The position numbers and the translations under genes were made by a program. The notes under the pieces are model-generated. The model saw only the letters and a list, made by a program, of their open reading frames with translations, had not been told where the DNA came from and ran no database searches. This document shows positions 1 through 8,154 of a stretch of DNA of 32,000 bases, piece after piece (the stretch's first letter is position 1; each line of letters starts with the position of its first letter). The stretch is from Pyrobaculum aerophilum str. IM2 (GTDB lineage: Archaea; Thermoproteota; Thermoprotei; Thermoproteales; Thermoproteaceae). The stretch spans positions 780,001 to 812,000 of the forward strand of contig NC_003364.1 of the NCBI RefSeq assembly GCF_000007225.1, written 5' to 3'.

Positions 1-24
1 TTATTTATACCTTTACCCCAATTC

Positions 25-393
25 GTGGAAGCGTGGTTAGAAAAAGCGTCGCGTTATAGGGAATACGCCAAACGTAATTTTGAAAGCGGCGCCTACGACC
101 TGGCGTGTTTTCTCGCGCAACAATCCGCCGAGTTTCTCCTAAAAGCCCTCCTCATAAGAGAAACCGGAGCGCGTCCCCTAACTCACAGCCTTTATGAAAT
201 GGCGAGGAGGCTCGCCACGTTGAAAAATTTTGAACTAGGCGACGAGGTGGCCAAATGCGCCAAGGCCTTGGAGCATCACTACGTCCAGTCGAGAGATCCC
301 GACGCCAGAGTCGGCGAATACGAGCGCTGGGAGGCGGAGAGCTGTATTGAATGCATGGAGGCGCTATGGCGCTGGACAAGTGGATTGAAATAG
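25..393 (+). CDS. HEPN-domain protein (toxin-type half of a HEPN/MNT pair)
   Basis: GTG-start 122-aa ORF with a helical HEPN-like sequence (AEFLLKALLIRETG, THSLYEMARRL). It ends in HHYVQSRDPD, at the position of the conserved Y-x-x-SRYP block of PF05168-type HEPN domains (Tyr replaced by Asp here). The 3' end overlaps the next gene, a nucleotidyltransferase. Call rests on motif recognition only. Confidence 0.7.
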   Translation: MEAWLEKASRYREYAKRNFESGAYDLACFLAQQSAEFLLKALLIRETGARPLTHSLYEMARRLATLKNFELGDEVAKCAKALEHHYVQSRDPDARVGEYERWEAESCIECMEALWRWTSGLK

Positions 394-608
394 CAAAGGC
401 CAGAGAGGGGGAAATAAGGGCAAGGGTAAAGCAGTATATTACAGAGCGCTGTCCCTCTGCAGACGTCGTGTTGTTCGGGTCCAGAGCCCGCGGCGATTAC
501 CACGCCCTAAGCGACTGGGACCTTGCAATTATCACGCCCGCCGGCAAATACGCCGTAGTGCACGAGGAGTTCGGCCAAGCGGTCTACCTGCCGCTTTCGG
601 CCTATTAA
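351..608 (+). CDS. Minimal nucleotidyltransferase (MNT), short or truncated form
   Basis: Signature VVLFGSRARGDY...SDWDLAII (G-S-x-x-R-G ... D-x-D). ATG at 351 or 366, both inside the HEPN 3' end. Only 85 aa; the expected C-terminal part appears in another frame (see 617..775). Confidence 0.7.
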   Translation: MHGGAMALDKWIEIAKAREGEIRARVKQYITERCPSADVVLFGSRARGDYHALSDWDLAIITPAGKYAVVHEEFGQAVYLPLSAY

Positions 609-616
609 CAAGTAGC

Positions 617-775
617 ATGTTAATTCTCGACATCGCCCATGACGGAGTGTTGCTATGCGGCAAGGGGGATTATTGGCACATATTATTGAAAAAAGTCAAG
701 GAGTATGTAAGCGAAAAAGGCCTTATAAGGACAAGGGAGGGGTGGTACCCCGCCGCCGCTGAGCAGGCGCTGTAG
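617..775 (+). CDS. Possible detached C-terminal segment of the upstream MNT (52 codons)
   Basis: ATG ORF MLILDIAHDGVLLCGKGDYWHILLKKVKEYVSEKGLIRTREGWYPAAAEQAL, below the ORF-track size cutoff. Its frame is open upstream through the 3' end of the 351..608 ORF. The content resembles the C-terminal helical region of full-length MNT antitoxins (my recollection, not searched). Confidence 0.3.
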   Translation: MLILDIAHDGVLLCGKGDYWHILLKKVKEYVSEKGLIRTREGWYPAAAEQAL

Positions 776-816
776 CCCTTGGCCAACTCTATAAATTTAA
801 ATGTGTTGAAAACTAT

Positions 817-1239
817 ATGAAGATCTCGGCCGTGGCGAGGACAAATGTAGTGACGTGTAGCCCGGACACCCCCATACGCGAAGTCGCCGAGATAATGATT
901 AAGAAAAACATCGGGTCAGTAATCGTAGTAGATCCGGCAAAGCCCACAGGGCCAATAGGCATAGTGGGAGAAAGAGACGTGGTGAAGGCCTTCGCGGCCG
1001 GGCTAGACCCCTCTACGCCTGCGTCTGAAATAATGTCGAAATTGTTAGTGACAATAGACGCAGACGCCCACGTGGCCGAGGCCCTTCTCTTAATGCGAGA
1101 GGCAAACGTCAGGAGGCTAGTGGTCACAAAAGGCGGAGAGCTGTACGGAGTAATTGCGCTTAAGGACATTGTGTACGACATACCGCTTTTAAAAAATCAT
1201 CGCCGACTATTTCACCAAAGAAAAAATATAAACACTTAG
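817..1239 (+). CDS. CBS-pair domain protein
   Basis: Two CBS-type repeats (NIGSVIVVD...GIVGERDVV and VRRLVVTKGGELYGVIALKDIV). TATA-like TATAAATTTA at 790-799, about 23 nt upstream of the ATG. Confidence 0.85.
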   Translation: MKISAVARTNVVTCSPDTPIREVAEIMIKKNIGSVIVVDPAKPTGPIGIVGERDVVKAFAAGLDPSTPASEIMSKLLVTIDADAHVAEALLLMREANVRRLVVTKGGELYGVIALKDIVYDIPLLKNHRRLFHQRKNINT

Positions 1240-1251
1240 GTAAACTGACGC

Positions 1252-1509
1252 GTGAGCACAATCACGCTGGGGCTTTTGTTAATAATCCTCGGCATGTTGT
1301 TAGTACTTATCTCAGTCCTACTCCCCCTCCTCAGACGGGGGGAGGAGCAGGGCGGCGAAGAGGAAAGGCGGGCGGAGGCGGGCGGGGTTGTGCTAATAGG
1401 CCCCATTCCCATAGTCTTCGGCACAAGCCAGAAAATGGCGCAGTTGACAATAATACTTGCAATACTACTCACGGCGATGGCGATAATCCTCTTCGCGCTA
1501 TTGAGATAA
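1252..1509 (+). CDS. Small membrane protein, DUF131/TIGR00304-like
   Basis: 85 aa: TM helix, charged loop (RRGEEQGGEEERRAEA), GGVVLIGPIPIVFG motif, second TM helix. GTG start with AAAAAATATAA centred about 25 nt upstream. Family name is from memory and unverified. Confidence 0.6.
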   Translation: MSTITLGLLLIILGMLLVLISVLLPLLRRGEEQGGEEERRAEAGGVVLIGPIPIVFGTSQKMAQLTIILAILLTAMAIILFALLR

Positions 1510-1767
1510 CTGCTTAAGACCCCGCCTTACTAAAAACCACTGAAGCAACGCCACAGCAAACATCAACACAGCTACCGCCGCTAAGGCAACGGCGAGAAAA
1601 TCGGCGGGCCCCGCGCCGAAGCAAATCGGCACTACAAACAACACGACGCAGCCAGCCACCCCGCCTCGCACTTCCCACGCCGGAGGACTCATCAACAGAG
1701 GCGAGAGGGCCAGTATCACAAAACCCAAAATTATCAGCGTAATCCCCAGCACAAAGAGCCACGTCAT
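1498..1767 (-). CDS. Small membrane protein, paralog of 1252..1509 (DUF131-like)
   Basis: 89 aa with the same architecture: TM, loop, GGVAGCVVLFVVPICFGAG, TM. Convergent with its paralog, 3' ends overlapping by 12 nt. A TATA-like element (rc TTAAGTTTTTAACC) lies about 26 nt upstream of the ATG. Confidence 0.6.
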   Translation of the reverse strand: MTWLFVLGITLIILGFVILALSPLLMSPPAWEVRGGVAGCVVLFVVPICFGAGPADFLAVALAAVAVLMFAVALLQWFLVRRGLKQLSQ

Positions 1768-2021
1768 GATAGAAACAGTCTACAGAGGTTAAAAACTTAA
1801 CAGCGCTTGAATTAGAGGCAAAACAACGCCCTCTGGAGGGACCGGGCTAATGGTAAAAGGGGATCTTGTACAGGCTTTAGACACTAACGTAGGACCCCAA
1901 GAGGGTCTTGTCTAGGGACTGCATAACTACGTAGGAAGCGCGTTGATTTAAACGGCGGAAAGCGGGTAGGGATGGGTCCCCGTTCTAGCCCAAATTTTTT
2001 AAAAGACGTGTTAGATCTCGT

Positions 2022-2398
2022 GTGCACTTCCTTAGAGAGAGGGCTTTGCAGTTTTACGAACAAGCGACCTTTACCTTAGAGAGGGGATATTGCGAAATGC
2101 TGTTTAATATAGAACAGGCTCTGCAACTATATATGAAATACCTACTGTATAGAAAAATAGGAGATTACCCCAAGTCCCATTTTCTCCGCGACATTGCAGA
2201 CAGGTTAGTTGAGATATATGAGACAATTGCGGCGTTAAAGATCACGTCAAAAGGTGGGGACAGATCCTGGCGCTGTTGGAATAGGCCTACATCTCCTCTC
2301 GGTATCTGCCCTTTAAAGCCAGGCGGGAGGACTGCGAAACGGCGTATCAGATGTTAAAAGAGGCTCTTGAAGTGTTTCAATGTCTAGAGAGTTTATAG
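2022..2398 (+). pseudogene. HEPN-domain gene disrupted by a frameshift plus an in-frame TAG
   Basis: The N-terminal 70-odd residues (frame of 2022) are HEPN-like (FNIEQALQLYMKYLLYRKIGDYPKSHFLRDIADRL). The conserved C-terminus KDHVKRWGQILALLE*AYISSRYLPFKARREDCETAYQMLKEALEVFQCLESL is read in a different frame, which contains a TAG at 2282-2284 and ends at 2398. The tail of the ORF-track product (GGDRSWRCWNRPTSPLGICPLKPGGRTAKRRIRC) is out-of-frame read-through. Confidence 0.65.
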
Positions 2399-2718
2399 AA
2401 TTATTAAAGCGCAAGGCAGAGGAGCGGGAGAGGATTATTAAAAACCTCGACGACTATTTAATGCGCATTAAAGAGGCGGCGAGAGAGCTTGACCCCAAAG
2501 CGCGGGTAGTTCTATTCGGAAGCTTCGCCCGCGGCAACCCCAGGCCGGACAGCGACATAGATATCCTCGTAATTACAGACGCCTGGCGCAAGGCGGAGAT
2601 GATAGTACACATATCTGAAAGAGTAGGCGGCGTCGGGATATTCGAAATACACGTGGCCACCACAGAGGAGTATGAAAACTGGTACATGCAATTTATAGAT
2701 GCCTACCGCGAAGTTTAA
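2380..2718 (+). CDS. Minimal nucleotidyltransferase (MNT), apparently intact
   Basis: VVLFGSFARGNPRPDSDIDILVI (G-S-x-x-R-G ... D-x-D). The ATG lies 19 nt inside the reconstructed HEPN reading frame, the same overlap architecture as module 1. Confidence 0.8.
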   Translation: MSREFIELLKRKAEERERIIKNLDDYLMRIKEAARELDPKARVVLFGSFARGNPRPDSDIDILVITDAWRKAEMIVHISERVGGVGIFEIHVATTEEYENWYMQFIDAYREV

Positions 2719-2750
2719 CGCTTGCACAGTACGAATAGTTTAAAACGCAG

Positions 2751-3824
2751 TTATTCAATGCCGCGGATCACTACATTTCCAGTTTCTTCATCAAATAAGA
2801 CGGCTTTTTTCATGTCGAATTTAAAGTATATAGAATCACCCGGTTTTAGGCTTACTTCCCTTAGAGTCTTAATTTTTAACAAAACATCAGCAATCTTTAC
2901 ATTTATCAAATATTCTGAGCCGATCGGCTCCACTACATATACCAAGCCTTTTATATAGCCGGGCTGCTCCTTGTCGCTCCACTCAATATACTCCGGCCTA
3001 ATGCCGAAAAATACTGTTTGCTTCACGCCGGGGTTTTTAATAGTAAAACCTGGACACTCTAAAACGTCGCCTGCAGGTTTACACTTCAATATGTTCATAG
3101 GCGGATTGCCTACGAACGTGCCCACAAAGACGTGAGTGGGGGCGTCATATATCTCCTTAGGGGTCCCAAACTGCACTACCCTCCCGGCGTTCATCACGGC
3201 AATTCTGTCGGCTAGCGTCAGCGCCTCTACTTGATCATGCGTGACGTATATTGTGGTAATGCCCAAATCCTTCTGAAGTCTCTTCAACTCAGCTCTTACT
3301 TGTAGCCTAATTAGCGCATCGAGGTTTGACAGCGGCTCGTCCATTAACCAGACTTTAGGCTCTCTAACCAACGCCCTGGCCAACGCCACACGCTGTTGTT
3401 GCCCGCCTGAGAGTTGCGACGCCTTTCTATCTAGCAAGTGGTCGATTTGAAGCATCTTGGCAACTTGAAGCACCTTTTCTTCTATATCTCTCTTTGTGAG
3501 TCTTAGCTTCCTCCTCCGTATTTCCAGAGGAAAGGCGATGTTTTCAAACACCGTCATGTGGGGATAAATTGCATAGTCTTGAAACACCATGGCGACGTCG
3601 CGCTCGCCTGGCTCTAGATAAGTGACGTCTCTCCCATCTATATAAATTCTGCCGCTCGTCGGAATTTCAAGCCCAGCTATCATCCTAAGCGTTGTCGTCT
3701 TGCCACAGCCAGAGGGGCCAAGGAGCACTACAAATTCACCCTTTTCAATAGACAAAGACACATTGTCTACTGCTAAGACTTTTCCAAAGCGTTTAGTAAC
3801 CCTGTCTAACACTACAAATGTCAT
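2751..3824 (-). CDS. Sugar ABC transporter ATP-binding protein (MalK/UgpC type)
   Basis: Walker A GPSGCGKTT, Q-loop VFQDYAIYPHMTV, signature LSGGQQQRVALARAL, Walker B VWLMDEPLSNLD, plus a C-terminal regulatory/TOBE-like extension. Confidence 0.95.
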   Translation of the reverse strand: MTFVVLDRVTKRFGKVLAVDNVSLSIEKGEFVVLLGPSGCGKTTTLRMIAGLEIPTSGRIYIDGRDVTYLEPGERDVAMVFQDYAIYPHMTVFENIAFPLEIRRRKLRLTKRDIEEKVLQVAKMLQIDHLLDRKASQLSGGQQQRVALARALVREPKVWLMDEPLSNLDALIRLQVRAELKRLQKDLGITTIYVTHDQVEALTLADRIAVMNAGRVVQFGTPKEIYDAPTHVFVGTFVGNPPMNILKCKPAGDVLECPGFTIKNPGVKQTVFFGIRPEYIEWSDKEQPGYIKGLVYVVEPIGSEYLINVKIADVLLKIKTLREVSLKPGDSIYFKFDMKKAVLFDEETGNVVIRGIE

Positions 3825-4660
3825 CGTTTAACACCCCAGCCGGCCACTCCTCTTGCGAAGTATTTATTAAACAGCACATATAACACTAACGGTATAGACA
3901 TCGAGAGCACAGAACCGGCGGAGAGAAGCCCCCAATCCACGTGAAACTCACCTTTTAGAAACACCACTTTTTGCGTAATTACTTGGTTTACATTACTCGA
4001 GAGGAAAACTAATGCGTAGAATAGGTCGTTCCAAACCCACGTGTACTGTAACAACGCCGCTGCAATTAACCCCGGCTTTGCTAGCGGCAAGACAATACGC
4101 CTAAATATTTGCCAATCCCTAGCGCCGTCTACCCAAGCCGCCTCAACTAAACTCCTTGGAATTAGGGCAAAGTAGTTCCTGAGGAAGAAAGTCGCCCACG
4201 CGGTTCCCCACGCGCTGTGAAGCAGTATAATACCTGGCAATGAATCATAAAGCCCAAGTTGTAAATATAGAAAGAATAGAGGCACCACAGATATTTGTTG
4301 TGGTGCCATCATTATAAAAATAATAATCATGAATAAAAAAGTTTTCATTCTAAATGGCAGATTTACAAATGCATAAGCGAAAAGAGACGCAGCAAATAAC
4401 GCTATTAATGTCGCCAACGACGCGACCAGAAGGGAATTTCTAAGCCCAGTGGCCAGATCGTATACAGGGTTGAAAAGGGCCTCTAGGTAGTTTTTAAGAG
4501 TTATGCTCTCAGGATCTGGTACCCTAAGCCAACCCTGAATTACTACCTCGCGGTATGGCAGTATTGACAACATTATCACGCCCACAAAGGGCAATACCCA
4601 AAACGCCGCAAAGGCCCAAACAGCTATATTGAATAGAATTCTCGTAGCCTTCATAGCCAC
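3821..4660 (-). CDS. ABC transporter permease (MalG-like)
   Basis: Six hydrophobic spans and an EAA-type loop (VEAAWVDGARDWQIFRRIVLPLAKPG). 4-nt overlap with the ATPase gene. Confidence 0.9.
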   Translation of the reverse strand: MAMKATRILFNIAVWAFAAFWVLPFVGVIMLSILPYREVVIQGWLRVPDPESITLKNYLEALFNPVYDLATGLRNSLLVASLATLIALFAASLFAYAFVNLPFRMKTFLFMIIIFIMMAPQQISVVPLFFLYLQLGLYDSLPGIILLHSAWGTAWATFFLRNYFALIPRSLVEAAWVDGARDWQIFRRIVLPLAKPGLIAAALLQYTWVWNDLFYALVFLSSNVNQVITQKVVFLKGEFHVDWGLLSAGSVLSMSIPLVLYVLFNKYFARGVAGWGVKR

Positions 4661-5529
4661 CTCCTAATTGCTATTATTACAAACGGCACTACTAAAGCGG
4701 TTAGAATGACGGCGACAGTCGCGGCTCTAAAATAATCTAGCAATCTGGCAAAGTAATTATACATCACTAACGCCAAGACATTTGTAGCGCCCCCGGGACC
4801 TCCGCCAGTGGCGGCGAATACTATGTCAAAAATTTTCATATCCCACAATGCAGTCATAACTACTACGATAATAACGGCAGGCTTTACCTCTGGCACAACT
4901 ATCCTACGGAATATATGCCAATCCGATGCGCCAAAAACTCTGGCTGCATCAATATGGCTTTTCGGAATAGCCTCAATTGCAGCTGAAAACACCGTTACAG
5001 CAAAACCCAACCAAATCCACACCGAGCCTAGTATTAAGGCATATAGGGCGAGATTGGGATAATTTATCCAAGTCGTAGCAAGTTCTTTAATGCCTAAAGC
5101 TGAGAATATGATGGGCACTACTCCTATGTCCTTGTCAAACATAAATCTGATAATTACACCGCCAATAGCCGGCGGAATTACCATGCCGATGAAGACAATC
5201 CCCTTTACTAAATTACTACCCACAACATAATATTTCAAAACGTACGCAAGCACTAACCCCAATACTGTAACTAACGGCACGTGTATTGCAATCCACACAA
5301 CGTTGTGTATTAATGCCCCCCACGGCGGGGTATCGTCTAGCTTAGGCATTACTAACGCCCTCAGTGGGTTTGTGTCCGTTATTACTTTAATATAATTGTC
5401 GAGTCCAAATCCGCTACCAGTATAGAAACTGTAGACAAAGCTGGCAAAGACAGGGTAAATGGTGAAAATCCCCACGAAAATAAGGGGAGGAATTAAAAAA
5501 ACAAAGTAATTTTGAATCTTCCTATTCAT
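4651..5529 (-). CDS. ABC transporter permease (MalF-like)
   Basis: Polytopic membrane protein with an EAA-type loop (IDAARVFGASDWHIFRRIVVPEVKP). Overlaps both neighbouring genes. Confidence 0.9.
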   Translation of the reverse strand: MNRKIQNYFVFLIPPLIFVGIFTIYPVFASFVYSFYTGSGFGLDNYIKVITDTNPLRALVMPKLDDTPPWGALIHNVVWIAIHVPLVTVLGLVLAYVLKYYVVGSNLVKGIVFIGMVIPPAIGGVIIRFMFDKDIGVVPIIFSALGIKELATTWINYPNLALYALILGSVWIWLGFAVTVFSAAIEAIPKSHIDAARVFGASDWHIFRRIVVPEVKPAVIIVVVMTALWDMKIFDIVFAATGGGPGGATNVLALVMYNYFARLLDYFRAATVAVILTALVVPFVIIAIRRWL

Positions 5530-6839
5530 TGAGTTGGGAAATTCTCTGCCAAGGTCTTAACGACGTCATCCCATTTATCTGGAGACACCCACAACAACTT
5601 TAGTTGATCCCAGAAGAGCTTCTGCCAGTCGCCTCCAATCGTGTCGTCTAGATCGGGAAGTAACACCATGCCTTTGCCCACAGTCTTCTGGTAGACATCT
5701 CTCAGAGGCGCCCAAATCTTATTGGGATCTGCCTTAGTCCATGAAGGCAACTTGCCGGCTTTTGTGGAAGAGTGAACTTCCTGGCCCTTGGTGGCGAGCC
5801 ACTGGACGAACTCTACCGCCTCGTTTCTCACTGGGCTATACACCGGCACAAAAATGTAATCAGTGCCGCCGGTAATACCCTTTGTCTCCGGCATTGGGAA
5901 GAAGCCTACATCATCTGGATTGTCTACCATGCCTAGTATCCATGTGCCCATGAAGTAAATGCCATATGTGCCGTTCCACCACTTCTCTACGGCCTGAGTC
6001 CACTCCTCAGGTTCGCCGAAGTAACCCTCTCTTAACAGTAGGGATATCCTATCGCGGAACACGGCATTAATTCTTGGATCATCGAACTTTACTTTTTTCT
6101 CCGTTAACCCTCTAAAGACGTCGGGACCAGCATATGCAATAATAAACGCCTCTGTAACATCTGAAAGCGGCCAGCCAACTCCGTCGCCAGAGGCAATTGG
6201 CGTGACGCCAATTTCCTTAAGCCTCTTCAATAACTGGAGGAACTCGTCCCAAGTCTGTGGCTCTGAGAGTCCATGCTGCTGGAAGAAGGACTTCCTATAC
6301 CAGAAACCAGGTTTCAGCACAATGGTGAAAGGCGTAGCCCAAATCTTACCCTCGTATGTTACTGGATCAAATATTCCGGTTACGTACTCATTGGGATTAA
6401 TGACATTAGTCAAATCTACTACATGTCCACGTTTTGCCATCTCAACTACAAACCATCCAAAAGAGGTAATCACCACGTCAGCAGGTGCTTGTTTAGCCTC
6501 CAGTTGCGTTGGTAAAATCTGGGCGATCTCCTCAGCTCTCCTCGTCACATATTCAAATTCTACATTAGGATTAATTTTTTGATATTCATCAAGTACTTGT
6601 TTGAAGTATTCATACTCAGCGCCAGACCATGGCCCCCATATCCGTATTTTTACTTTCTGAGGCGTTGGAGACGGGGAGGGTGATGGACTAGGCGACGGCG
6701 TTGGCGATGGAGTGGGGCTTGGAGTAGGAGTGGGAGACGGCGTTGGGACTGGCTGTTGGGGGGCAAGTAGAAACGCCAATGCGGCTATAATTACCAGCAG
6801 GACTATTACGCCTATTATAATTCCAATTCTACTAGCCAT
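5526..6839 (-). CDS. Extracellular sugar-binding protein (CUT1 family) with membrane anchor and Pro/Ser/Thr stalk
   Basis: N-terminal TM helix, then a 31-residue P-[ST] repeat, then a solute-binding-protein-like domain. First gene of the four-gene minus-strand operon. Confidence 0.9.
   Translation of the reverse strand: MASRIGIIIGVIVLLVIIAALAFLLAPQQPVPTPSPTPTPSPTPSPTPSPSPSPSPSPTPQKVKIRIWGPWSGAEYEYFKQVLDEYQKINPNVEFEYVTRRAEEIAQILPTQLEAKQAPADVVITSFGWFVVEMAKRGHVVDLTNVINPNEYVTGIFDPVTYEGKIWATPFTIVLKPGFWYRKSFFQQHGLSEPQTWDEFLQLLKRLKEIGVTPIASGDGVGWPLSDVTEAFIIAYAGPDVFRGLTEKKVKFDDPRINAVFRDRISLLLREGYFGEPEEWTQAVEKWWNGTYGIYFMGTWILGMVDNPDDVGFFPMPETKGITGGTDYIFVPVYSPVRNEAVEFVQWLATKGQEVHSSTKAGKLPSWTKADPNKIWAPLRDVYQKTVGKGMVLLPDLDDTIGGDWQKLFWDQLKLLWVSPDKWDDVVKTLAENFPTQ
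6660..6752 (-). repeat. Low-complexity coding repeat (PTPSPTPTPSPTPSPTPSPSPSPSPSPTP stalk)
   Basis: On the plus strand this reads as degenerate GGNGAN/GGNGTN hexamer iterations (ggcgttggagacggggagggtgatggactaggcgacggcgttggcgatgg...). Encodes residues 30-60 of the binding protein. Confidence 0.8.
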
Positions 6840-6860
6840 AAAATAGATATTTTTTTGGGG

Positions 6861-6868
6861 TTTTTATT
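6861..6868 (-). promoter_or_regulatory. TATA-like box for the ABC operon (leaderless geometry)
   Basis: rc AATAAAAA centred about 26 nt upstream of the ATG at 6839. Confidence 0.4.
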
Positions 6869-7473
6869 CGTTAACGCCATCTCATAAACAGTGACAATTA
6901 ATAAGTAAAGTTTATTCCGATGCCCCCTCGCCAATTAAGCCGGGTGGCTACTTCAATAAGGATTCTCAATTGTTCTACAGCTAGGGGCTTGGTATCCAAC
7001 TCATTTGGTATAGTATAACCTTTAGATAATAGCTTTTATACGCACCTCATCAATTTGCCATAAGCATTATCGCAATAATGTCCACTTAGAGGCATTTTGC
7101 CTACTGTAATACTGACTATATATCATATTAACCAACCCCTTTCTATTATTTGCTTTCTATCGCTCTAATGTTCAAGTCACAACAAACTGAGGGTATTTAA
7201 GACGTTGAGAGTGATCTATTACCGTCTCTATTGGAGGAATAGGGCTACGTCATGTAAAACCCCTATCAAAGAGAGATTACGTGTGATTTCCATCGGTTTT
7301 TAATATAGAGTGGATCTTACTTGCAAATTCAGCGGAATAGCCGTGTTACGCCGTTTTTACATTGCCGACGACGCATGTAGTGTCAGAAGTAGACGCCGCT
7401 GGATTTATATGGCGACTTGGTTGTGAAAAACAAAATATACTAAAGAGCTATAAACCCCCAGATTTGGAAGCTG

Positions 7474-8154
7474 GTGGATCTTGCTAGAGTTCACACACCC
7501 CGCGGTTGGTATGACGATTTTGTAAACCGTTTGGTGAATTGCGCGAGATGTCCACGGCTTGTCTCTTACAGATCTACTGTAAAGCCCTTAAGGAGGTACG
7601 AAAGTTGGAGCTACTGGGGGAGGCCCGTGCCTCCCTGGGGCGACCTCAACGCCAGGGTGATGGTCGTGGGCCTGGCGCCTGCCGCGCACGGGGGGAATAG
7701 GACTGGGAGGATGTTCACTGGCGACGCCTCTGCCCAAAACCTCTTTAAAGCCCTCTTCCTGCTGGGCCTGTCCAATAAGCCGTACAGCGTGTCGAGAGAC
7801 GACGGCGTGGAAGTGCGGTGTGTGTACATTACGTCTGCTGTTAAGTGCGCCCCTCCTAAGAATAGGCCCACCGCGGAGGAGGTGTATAACTGCTCCTCTT
7901 GGCTGCGGGAGGAGTTAGAGGCAGTTAGGCCCAGGGCTGTTGTAGCCCTCGGCGAGTTGGCGTGGCGCGCGGTATTGAAAATCCTCGGCGCTACAACGGC
8001 GGCGTTTAAACACGGCGAGGTGGTGAATGCCGCAGGTGTTAGGGTGTACGCCTCGTACCACCCCAGTCCTCTCAACGTCAACACAGGCCGCCTTACAGTA
8101 GAGACTCTGGCTGAGGTCTTGAGGAGGGCCGCGGCCGACGCCGGCTGTCTATGA
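7474..8154 (+). CDS. Uracil-DNA glycosylase, family 5 (UDGb-type, Fe-S cluster)
   Basis: Motif VVGLAPAAHGGNRTGRMFTGD (GLAPA instead of the family-4 GEAPG) and C-terminal SYHPSPLN. Cys residues occur at CARCPRL and later, as in 4Fe-4S UDGs. GTG start with GCTATAAACC about 23 nt upstream. Confidence 0.8.
   Translation: MDLARVHTPRGWYDDFVNRLVNCARCPRLVSYRSTVKPLRRYESWSYWGRPVPPWGDLNARVMVVGLAPAAHGGNRTGRMFTGDASAQNLFKALFLLGLSNKPYSVSRDDGVEVRCVYITSAVKCAPPKNRPTAEEVYNCSSWLREELEAVRPRAVVALGELAWRAVLKILGATTAAFKHGEVVNAAGVRVYASYHPSPLNVNTGRLTVETLAEVLRRAAADAGCL

Noticed and set aside
1800-1990. Possible minimal (type T) RNase P RNA or intron-containing tRNA, suggested by GGAAAGCGGG and ACAGGCTTTA words.
   Set aside because: The order of the CR-I-like and CR-V-like words is reversed relative to RNase P RNA, and neither matches the consensus well. 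No acceptor or T-arm (GTTCRANNC) pattern for a tRNA is present. Kept only as an unexplained-spacer finding.
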